From assembly GCA_041645165.1 (NCBI GenBank), contig JBAZQN010000005.1:19832-83831 (forward strand): a stretch of 64,000 nucleotides of DNA, read 5' to 3'. A program made the translations under genes and the position numbers. Source of the DNA: Patescibacteria group bacterium. GTDB taxonomy: Bacteria > Patescibacteriota > Patescibacteriia > 2-02-FULL-49-11. The notes beneath the pieces were generated by a model. It worked only from the letters and a program-made list of their open reading frames with translations, was not told the origin of the DNA and ran no database searches. Numbering within the stretch: the stretch's first letter is position 1; each line of letters opens with the position of its first letter. Positions 28,863 to 36,594 of this stretch are shown piece by piece.

Positions 28863-29141
28863 ATGGTGATTAAAAGGAAACAGTTATATTTCATATTAAT
28901 CGTCTTACCTGTTTTAGATGTAATTTATTGGTATGGGGATTTTCAGAATATCGAATTTATTACTGATTTATCAATTTTTTGGTTCCTCACTGCGTTCATA
29001 GGTTTTGCTTTTTCGTACTATCTATTATATAAGACGGACATCAAACATAAGGCGATTTTAAACATCGTGATTACCATCGGTTTGGTAATCAATTTCAGTC
29101 TCATTTCCCTCTGGTACATGTTTAAAGATTTTGGGTTTTAA
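28863..29141 (+). CDS. Small 3-TM protein, KDFGF paralog 3
   Basis: Ends LWYMFKDFGF; shares FIGFAFSYYLLYKTDIKHKA with paralog 1. Confidence 0.8.
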   Translation: MVIKRKQLYFILIVLPVLDVIYWYGDFQNIEFITDLSIFWFLTAFIGFAFSYYLLYKTDIKHKAILNIVITIGLVINFSLISLWYMFKDFGF

Positions 29142-29172
29142 TGGGTAGTGCATTTATTTAAATAAAAATCAT

Positions 29173-30915
29173 ATGGGAGTTTTTCTTTTTATCTGTGGAA
29201 TGATTGTGTTGATCGTACTGCTCGACTTACGTAGACGGGTAAGGAAGCTGGAGGCGCTGACTCGGCAGTGGGGTGCATCGCCTATTGCCTCACAGCCGCC
29301 GACTGCGGTTACAACGCAGGTAAGTCCTATGTCACCGACCACCGGTGCGCCTAGCCCTGCAGTGCGGCCGGCGCTGTCCGCAGAACCGTCTTCTGATTTG
29401 CTGCACAAATTTGCGGTTTGGCTCAAAGACGACTGGCTGCTAAAACTGGGCGCGTTCCTTATTCTCATCGGTTTCGGATGGCTCGTGACGTACGCATTCC
29501 TCCATGATTGGATAGGGCCGATGGGACGCATCACTCTCGGCATGGTTGCAGGGACCCTGATTCTTATGTTTGGCTGGTGGCGCATCCGTACATTTCTCCA
29601 CCAAGGCAGTGTGTTTCTGGTGCTGGGATCCACGACGATATTGGTCACCCTCTTTGCCGCGCGCGAGGTCTACGATTTTTTCACACCCTTCACCGTCCTT
29701 GCGGTCATGTTTTTAAGCACTGCATTCGTGGCAATGGCTAGCGTGCGGTTCCGCACACCCGCGCTTTCGCTCTTAAGCCTTGCGCTCGCCGGCGTCGCGC
29801 CTCTCCTTACCCGCATGCCGAAGCCGGACTATCCCGCGCTTTTCCTCTATCTCCTCGTGGTCGTGCTGGGAGCGCTCTGGATTGTGGTACTCACCCGTCG
29901 GCGCGAGCTCACGACAGCGGCACTCGTCCTTATCACTTTTTATAGCATGCCGCACTTTCTCGCGTCAGCGTCCTTGCCTGATCAGGACGTGCTGTTGATT
30001 TTTGCATACGCCTTTGCCGCCGTATTTTTCATTGCCAATACGCTCGGCGTTCTCAAGTCGCAGGAGCAGGGCATCGAGGTCGACCTAGTGACTGCCGCGG
30101 GCAGCGGCATGCTCCTGCTTGCTTGGATTGTGCATGCCGCGCAGGACGAGTGGAAGAGCCTTATCATTGCCGCGTGGATGATCGTGTATACTGTGGGGGC
30201 ATTCGCCATATTCAGGATTACCCGGCGGCGACAGCCGATGTATGTCTATGCGTGCGTGGCGATTGTTATGCTTGCCGCCGCGACTGCGGTAGAGCTCGAG
30301 GGCGCTGCGCTGATGATTACCTATACGGTAGAGTGCAGTATTATTTCATTGCTCGCCTACCTAATTCTCCGCGATCTTTCCATTGCGGAGCGTTTAAGCT
30401 GCCTCCTCATTGGACCTGCTCTTTTCTCCTACAAGAACATTTTTTCGCGCGCGTGGAAGACCGGCGTGATCCATGAGGATTTTTTTGTGCTTCTTGTGCT
30501 CGCCATGGCGCTTTCGTTCCTCGGCAGTTTTTTCTGGTTGAAGGGGCGAGAAAGAGGCGCAGGCCATATTTCGGATTATAATCTTATTCTGCTCGTGGCA
30601 GGATCCGCCTACGCCTACCTTCTCATGTGGCGTTCCTTCCATGCCGTGCTCGCTGATGGAGATGTGGCCTCGATGATTGCGCTGGTTGGCTATACGATTA
30701 TCGGCTTGTCCGTTTATATTTACGGGCGCACGCATGAGGTGAAGATACCGCGCATCTACGGCGCCGTGCTATTGGGAATCGTGGTGGGTAGATTGCTCAT
30801 CGTAGAGGTATGGAGCATGGAGCTAACGGGAAGGATCATCACCTTCTTTCTCGTGGGCGCCTTGCTCGTTAGCACCGCGTTTTTAGGGAGAAAGAAAGCT
30901 TCTCCTACCACTTAA
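29173..30915 (+). CDS. DUF2339-like polytopic membrane protein
   Basis: N-terminal RRRVRKLE and Pro-rich linker, WLLKLGA...WIGPMGR, many TM helices and C-terminal RIITFFLVGALL. Confidence 0.75.
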   Translation: MGVFLFICGMIVLIVLLDLRRRVRKLEALTRQWGASPIASQPPTAVTTQVSPMSPTTGAPSPAVRPALSAEPSSDLLHKFAVWLKDDWLLKLGAFLILIGFGWLVTYAFLHDWIGPMGRITLGMVAGTLILMFGWWRIRTFLHQGSVFLVLGSTTILVTLFAAREVYDFFTPFTVLAVMFLSTAFVAMASVRFRTPALSLLSLALAGVAPLLTRMPKPDYPALFLYLLVVVLGALWIVVLTRRRELTTAALVLITFYSMPHFLASASLPDQDVLLIFAYAFAAVFFIANTLGVLKSQEQGIEVDLVTAAGSGMLLLAWIVHAAQDEWKSLIIAAWMIVYTVGAFAIFRITRRRQPMYVYACVAIVMLAAATAVELEGAALMITYTVECSIISLLAYLILRDLSIAERLSCLLIGPALFSYKNIFSRAWKTGVIHEDFFVLLVLAMALSFLGSFFWLKGRERGAGHISDYNLILLVAGSAYAYLLMWRSFHAVLADGDVASMIALVGYTIIGLSVYIYGRTHEVKIPRIYGAVLLGIVVGRLLIVEVWSMELTGRIITFFLVGALLVSTAFLGRKKASPTT

Positions 30916-30920
30916 CCACT

Positions 30921-32099
30921 ATGCGTATGCGTAAATTTTTAAATGTCACCATTTTCCTTATAAGCCTCTGTGCCGTCGGCGTATCTGCGCAACAGGCTTC
31001 CAACCGTGCGCGCACGGAGCTCATGAACGCGTATCGCCAATATAAGGAGGTCAATAATCTCGTGTTGTCTGTGCCCACGGTCGTGGAAGTGTCATTTGCT
31101 GATCAGTACCTTGAACGCGATAATTTTGCGGTGCTTGACCAATTCGCCGGCTCATATGAGCCCTCCTACGTCAGGCAGGAGACGATTGTTGCCGAAAATT
31201 CCTTCAGCATTGCCACGGATAAAATCATTGGAGGAGCATCGCGCATGATTGACGGAGATACGCGGACCTATGCGGAATTCGCACTACCCGAGAATGCACA
31301 GGGAAGCGCGCGGATAATGCTCAAATCCTCGCAGCCGGTGGTTTCATCGGGTCTTACTCTTTTTCTTGACGATCATGTGGCTTTGCCGACTTCAGTAGGA
31401 ATTCGTGCGGTCGTGAATGGCAGCGAGCGTATTGTGGTGGCGGAGCGCAGCATCAATCAGCCTACCATTGGGTTCCCGCGTACGGAGGCGCGGGACTGGA
31501 TCGTCACATTTACCTTTGCGCAGCCTCTGCGTATCACGGAACTGCGTCTCATACCGGAAAATGCCGCTTCCACGAAAATATATAACCTGCGTTTTCTCGC
31601 GCAGCCTCAGCGTACATATCGTATCTACTTCGATCCCGACAGAAACGTGAATGTTCCCGTCGGCGAGACCGGAAATCTCGCGCTAAATAAGGACGTGCTT
31701 GTACTCCCCCTGTTGAGCGCGAATGCGAACCCTCTTTATCGTGCGGCAGACGTTGATGCCGATGGTGTTATTGATACGCAGGACAATTGCGTTGAGATAA
31801 GCAATCGGGACCAGCGCGACATCAACCATAACGGAAGGGGAGATGTATGTGATGACTACGACCGTGATGGGCTGATCAACAGCAAAGATAATTGTCCGGA
31901 AAACGCCAACCGCAGCCAAGCAGATACTGACGGTGATGGGAAAGGAGATGCGTGCGATGCCGAAGAGAGCAGGATTACGGAACGAAATCCATGGCTGCCA
32001 TGGGCAGGGATTGTATTTGCGGCGCTTGTGGTGGCGGTCCTTCTATTCATAACGGTGCGCATGCCGACAGACGACAAGAAACCTCTTCAGAGAAAGTAG
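30921..32099 (+). CDS. Secreted, membrane-anchored protein with thrombospondin type-3 Ca-binding repeats
   Basis: DADGVIDTQDNC, DRDGLINSKDNCP and DTDGDGKGDACD; signal peptide and C-terminal TM. Confidence 0.85.
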   Translation: MRMRKFLNVTIFLISLCAVGVSAQQASNRARTELMNAYRQYKEVNNLVLSVPTVVEVSFADQYLERDNFAVLDQFAGSYEPSYVRQETIVAENSFSIATDKIIGGASRMIDGDTRTYAEFALPENAQGSARIMLKSSQPVVSSGLTLFLDDHVALPTSVGIRAVVNGSERIVVAERSINQPTIGFPRTEARDWIVTFTFAQPLRITELRLIPENAASTKIYNLRFLAQPQRTYRIYFDPDRNVNVPVGETGNLALNKDVLVLPLLSANANPLYRAADVDADGVIDTQDNCVEISNRDQRDINHNGRGDVCDDYDRDGLINSKDNCPENANRSQADTDGDGKGDACDAEESRITERNPWLPWAGIVFAALVVAVLLFITVRMPTDDKKPLQRK

Positions 32100-32183
32100 T
32101 ACAGGAATTTAACAGGTGGTGCGATTCTCGAAACGGCTATTTATCTCATGAATAGCCTTTTTGGTTTGGCGTGGCGCGTGCGG

Positions 32184-32276
32184 GAGCCCCATGTCCATGT
32201 GGCAAAAATGCTGTAAATTTGCCACCTTTTTGCTTGATACCAGCTGCCTTTTGTGGGATCATGAAGGCAAATGAAA
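32184..32276 (+). repeat. ~93-bp direct repeat A (palindrome plus promoter-like)
   Basis: ccatgtggc-N17-gccacctttt..TTGATA-17-GATCAT..atgaaa; similar to 32951-33043. Confidence 0.8.
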
Positions 32277-32356
32277 AATATAACATGAGCTAAAATGAGA
32301 ATCTCCCATAGATCCACCAGTTGGCGGAGCAAGTATAATCTTCTATAGTTTATGAT

Positions 32357-32851
32357 ATGGTGTTAAAGGAAAATAATTTTGCCTACATTGACGCGGCAAA
32401 CCTTCACAAAGGAGTTGCGAGCTTGGGCTGGCAGCTTGATTACGCAAAATTCAGGAGATGGCTATTCGAGAAATATGGCGTGCGCGCCGCGTACTTGTTT
32501 ATCGGTTTAATAGCAAAATATAAAGAGCTTTATAAATCTCTGCAAGAGGCGGGGTTTACGCTGGTGTTCAAAGAAGTGGTATATGACGGAGAAGGCAAGC
32601 CCAAAGGGAATTGCGACGCTGATTTAGTATTGCAGGCGACGCGTGACGCCTTTGAAAATAAATTTGATACGGCAGTTATTGTCGCAAGCGATGGCGATTA
32701 TGCGGGACTGGTTAAATTCTTGCAGGAGAAACACAAGCTGTCAGTCATACTGTCTCCCAGCAATGAGAAAAAATGCTCGATTCTTCTTAAACGGACTGGA
32801 GCAAAAATTGCCTATATTAACGATCAGCGCTCCCATTTAGAATTGGCTTAA
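32357..32851 (+). CDS. NYN domain (PIN-like, LabA/DUF88) nuclease
   Basis: AYIDAAN, KGNCDADLV and ASDGDY; paralog of 10174-10713. Confidence 0.92.
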   Translation: MVLKENNFAYIDAANLHKGVASLGWQLDYAKFRRWLFEKYGVRAAYLFIGLIAKYKELYKSLQEAGFTLVFKEVVYDGEGKPKGNCDADLVLQATRDAFENKFDTAVIVASDGDYAGLVKFLQEKHKLSVILSPSNEKKCSILLKRTGAKIAYINDQRSHLELA

Positions 32852-32908
32852 AAAGAAAAAGCCCCCGATAGGGACGGCACCCCATAAGGGTCTTTTTCGT
32901 GGTGATGG
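32852..32908 (-). ncRNA. Putative antisense small RNA downstream of NYN gene (copy 2)
   Basis: Minus strand ATCACCACGAAAAAGACCCTT-ATGGGG-TGCCGT-CCCTAT-CGGGGGCTTTTTCTTTTT. Confidence 0.6.
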
Positions 32909-32912
32909 TTGC

Positions 32913-32940
32913 AGTATAGCAGGCGTTTACTGAAAGTCAA
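32913..32940 (-). promoter_or_regulatory. Sigma70 promoter convergent on NYN gene
   Basis: Minus strand TTGACT-16 nt-TATACT. Confidence 0.65.
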
Positions 32941-32950
32941 TAGTCCATAA

Positions 32951-33043
32951 GAGCCCTCTCGCCCATGTGGCCCATTTGCTGCAAATGTGCCACCTTTTTA
33001 CTTGTTACTAGTTGGTTTTTATGGGATCATGAAGGTATGAAAA
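32951..33043 (+). repeat. ~93-bp direct repeat B upstream of hsdR
   Basis: ccatgtggc-N17-gccacctttt..TTGTTA-17-GATCAT..atgaaa. Confidence 0.8.
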
Positions 33044-33056
33044 TTAAGGCTTAATT

Positions 33057-35561
33057 ATGCAAAAGGAAGCTAATGCACGATTAAAAATAAACGCCTTACT
33101 CCAAGAGTCCGGCTGGAGATTTTTTGATGATAAAAAAGGCAAAGCCAATATTGTCTTGGAAAATAACGCCAAAATCACAAAACAAGCCATAGATGAATTT
33201 GGCAACGATTTTGAAAAAACTAACAAAGGTTTTATTGATTTTTTACTGCTCGATGAAAAGGGTTTTCCGTTTGTCGTTTTAGAAGCAAAATCGGAAGACA
33301 AAGACCCTCTCGACGGCAAAGAACAGGCGCGCCGTTATGCCCAATCACAAAACGCCCGCTTTATTATTCTTTCAAACGGCAACCTTCATTATTTATGGGA
33401 TGTAGAGCGCGGCAACCCGACAGTTATCATCACTTTCCCGACTTATGAATCCTTGAAGCATTTTGAATCTTTCAAGCCAAGTTTTGCCGCTCTTTCAGAG
33501 GAAAAAGTTGAAAGCGATTATATTGTCCAAACTCAAAATCCAAATTATCAAAAAGACCCGCGCTGGATTGATGAAACTCAAAGGCCGGATTTTATCAAAG
33601 ATCAGGATTTAAAATTTTTACGGCCTTATCAGCTTTCCGCAATTTACTCCTTGCAGAGTTCGGCGAAAAAAGGCAATGATCGCTATCTTTTTGAAATGGC
33701 AACCGGCACAGGCAAAACTCTTATTGCGGGCGGAATAATCAAGCTGTTTTTGAAAAGCGGAAACGCCAAAAGAATTTTGTTTTTAGTTGATCGCTTGGAA
33801 TTGGAAGATCAAGCGTGGAAAAATTTTGTTCGTTTTCTCAAAAGCGATTTTACCTGCGTAATTTACAAAGAAAACAAAGACGACTGGAGAAAAGCGGAAA
33901 TTATCGTTTCCACAGTTCAAAGTTTGTCATTCAACAATAAATACAAAGAGCTTTTTTCACCGACAGATTTTGATTTGTTAATATCTGATGAAGCGCACCG
34001 TTCAATCGGCGGAAATAGCCGGGCAGTTTTTGAGTATTTTGTCGGGTATAAATTAGGGCTTACCGCCACGCCGAAAGATTATCTCAAAAATATTGACCCG
34101 CAAAAAGTCAGCGAGAAAGACCCGCGCGCTTGGGAACGCCGTCAGCTTTTGGATACTTACACGACTTTTGGCTGTCCTTCCGGCGAGCCGACTTTCCGAT
34201 ACAGCTTGCTTGACGGCGTAAAAGACGGCTATCTTGTTAATCCGATTGTCGCCGACGCGAGGACAGAAATCACCACCGAACTTTTATCAGAAAAAGGTTA
34301 TTCCTTAATGGTAGAAAACGAGGAAGGAATTGAGGAAGAACAAACCTTTTTCCAAAAAGATTTTGAGCGGAAATTTTTCTCCGATAAAACAAATCAGATT
34401 TTTTGCAAAACATTTTTAGAAAATGCGATCAAAGACCCGATTAGCGGGGAAATTGGAAAGAGTATTATTTTCTGCGTGAGTCAAAATCACGCTTCAAAAA
34501 TAACGCAAACTTTAAATCAATTTGCTACGGCTCTTTGGCCCGACAAATATAATTCCGACTTTGCCGTGCAGGTTACTTCCAATATTCCCGACTCTCAACA
34601 ATTTCCTATCAATTACGCAAACAATTATCTAAACGGACAAACAAAATGGCTGGCGGGCTATAAATCAAGCAAGACAAGAGTTTGCGTAACCGTCGGCATG
34701 ATGACAACTGGCTACGATTGCCAAGATGTGATGAATCTTTGCCTTATGCGACCAATTTTTTCTCCGACTGATTTTATTCAAATCAAAGGACGCGGAACGA
34801 GAAAATATACTTTCAGCTACAAAGACGCAGACAATGAGCTGATAAAAATAGAAAAAGACACTTTCAAACTTTTTGATTTCTTCGCTAACTGCGAATATTT
34901 TGAGGAAAAATACAATTACGATCAAGTTTTGAAGCTCCCGATTAAAACCGGAACGGGAACAGGCGGCGGCGAGGGCGTAGATATTGATGAAGTAAATATT
35001 TTTAATCCCGACCCGCTCAAAACTTTTTCAGAAATTGCAGTCGGCCTTGCCGGTATGAAAGTTGACTGGAAGTTTTTTGATAAATTTGAATCGGTTGTAA
35101 AAAATGATCCGGTTGTTAAACAAAAATACGAGCAGGGCGATGTCAAAGGAGCGGAAGAATATGTTAAAACCGAAATTTTTGAAAAACCGGAAGATTATTT
35201 CAATTTGGATAAATTGCGAAAATCCGTCAAAGCAGATCGTCGCATTACGCTCAAAGAATTTATTGAAAAAATCTTTGGTGGTATAAACAAATTCAAATCA
35301 AAAGACGAATTGCTTGAAGATGAATTTGAAAAGTTTGTTTCTATCCACAAACCCGAAAATGATAATCTTTTACAAATTAAAAATTTTCTAAAATGTTATG
35401 TTGCAGATCAGGAATTTAGAACAATTATTGACAATAATCAAATCCAACGGTTATACACCTACCCAAGTTTTTCCGCTAATGAACTTAATGAATTGGGTAA
35501 GTATAAAAAGATTGTACCGGAATATGTCAAAGATTATGTTTCCTTAAATACTTTTATGTAA
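33057..35561 (+). CDS. hsdR: Type I restriction endonuclease subunit R (EcoEI-like)
   Basis: ID...LEAK nuclease motif, MATGTGKT, DEAH, LTATP and QIKGRGTR. Confidence 0.92.
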   Translation: MQKEANARLKINALLQESGWRFFDDKKGKANIVLENNAKITKQAIDEFGNDFEKTNKGFIDFLLLDEKGFPFVVLEAKSEDKDPLDGKEQARRYAQSQNARFIILSNGNLHYLWDVERGNPTVIITFPTYESLKHFESFKPSFAALSEEKVESDYIVQTQNPNYQKDPRWIDETQRPDFIKDQDLKFLRPYQLSAIYSLQSSAKKGNDRYLFEMATGTGKTLIAGGIIKLFLKSGNAKRILFLVDRLELEDQAWKNFVRFLKSDFTCVIYKENKDDWRKAEIIVSTVQSLSFNNKYKELFSPTDFDLLISDEAHRSIGGNSRAVFEYFVGYKLGLTATPKDYLKNIDPQKVSEKDPRAWERRQLLDTYTTFGCPSGEPTFRYSLLDGVKDGYLVNPIVADARTEITTELLSEKGYSLMVENEEGIEEEQTFFQKDFERKFFSDKTNQIFCKTFLENAIKDPISGEIGKSIIFCVSQNHASKITQTLNQFATALWPDKYNSDFAVQVTSNIPDSQQFPINYANNYLNGQTKWLAGYKSSKTRVCVTVGMMTTGYDCQDVMNLCLMRPIFSPTDFIQIKGRGTRKYTFSYKDADNELIKIEKDTFKLFDFFANCEYFEEKYNYDQVLKLPIKTGTGTGGGEGVDIDEVNIFNPDPLKTFSEIAVGLAGMKVDWKFFDKFESVVKNDPVVKQKYEQGDVKGAEEYVKTEIFEKPEDYFNLDKLRKSVKADRRITLKEFIEKIFGGINKFKSKDELLEDEFEKFVSIHKPENDNLLQIKNFLKCYVADQEFRTIIDNNQIQRLYTYPSFSANELNELGKYKKIVPEYVKDYVSLNTFM

Positions 35562-35563
35562 TT

Positions 35564-36592
35564 ATGAAAAAATTACAACCTCAATCACAAATAATTATCT
35601 ATAAAGCAGAAACAGGCGAGACTAAAATCGATGTGCGTTTTGACGGTGAAACAGTGTGGTTAACGCAAAAACTTTTAGCTGAACTTTTTGGCGTTACTGT
35701 TCCTACTATCAATGAACATATTAAAAATGTTTACAAAGAAGGTGAATTAAAGGAAAGCTCAACTATTCGGAAATTCCTAATAGTTCAAAAAGAAGGCATT
35801 CGTGAAGTAGAAAGAGAGATTGATTTTTTTAATCTCGACATGATTATCTCTGTCGGTTACCGTATTAAAAGCTCTATCGCCACAGCTTTTCGTCAATGGG
35901 CAACTTTGCGACTACGCGAATATATTGTCAAGGGCTTTGTAATAGATGATGAACGATTAAAGAATCCCGATCTGCCATTTGATTATTTTGAAGAATTAAC
36001 TCGTCGTATCTCAGAAATACGCGCCTCAGAAAAGAGATTTTATAGAAAAATTACCGACATCTATGCCACCAGTGTTGACTATGACCCGACAGATGAGAAG
36101 AGTACCCTCTTTTTTAAAACAGTTCAAAACAAAGTTCATTATGCGATTACGGGAAGCACTGCGGCAGAGATAATCGCGAGCAGGGTGGATAGTAAAAAAA
36201 CAAATGTAGGCCTCACAAACTTCAGGGGCAGTAAGCCAACAAAAGAAGAAGTTTTGTTTGCCAAAAATTATTTGAGCGAGCAGGAACTTCTCGTTTTAAA
36301 TAATCTTGTCGAGCAATATCTCGTATTTGCCGAAGGACAGGCGATGCAGAGAGTGCCAATGTATATGAAGGACTGGATAGATAAACTCCACGGATTTTTA
36401 CAGATTAACAATAAAGATATTTTGAAAGATGCGGGCAAGGTCTCGCATGAGTTGGCAAAAGAGTTAGCTGAAAAAGAATATGATAAATATTACAAAAAAA
36501 GTTTAAAAGCGCCAAGCAAGGCGGACAGAGATTTTGAGGCATTCGCGAATAAAGCGATGAAACTTGTTAGCAAGGGTAAAAAGAAAAAATAA
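35564..36592 (+). CDS. RhuM-family DNA-binding protein
   Basis: ETVWLTQ, NLDMIISVGYR, FRQWAT and IRASEKRFY. Confidence 0.9.
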   Translation: MKKLQPQSQIIIYKAETGETKIDVRFDGETVWLTQKLLAELFGVTVPTINEHIKNVYKEGELKESSTIRKFLIVQKEGIREVEREIDFFNLDMIISVGYRIKSSIATAFRQWATLRLREYIVKGFVIDDERLKNPDLPFDYFEELTRRISEIRASEKRFYRKITDIYATSVDYDPTDEKSTLFFKTVQNKVHYAITGSTAAEIIASRVDSKKTNVGLTNFRGSKPTKEEVLFAKNYLSEQELLVLNNLVEQYLVFAEGQAMQRVPMYMKDWIDKLHGFLQINNKDILKDAGKVSHELAKELAEKEYDKYYKKSLKAPSKADRDFEAFANKAMKLVSKGKKKK

Positions 36593-36594
36593 TT

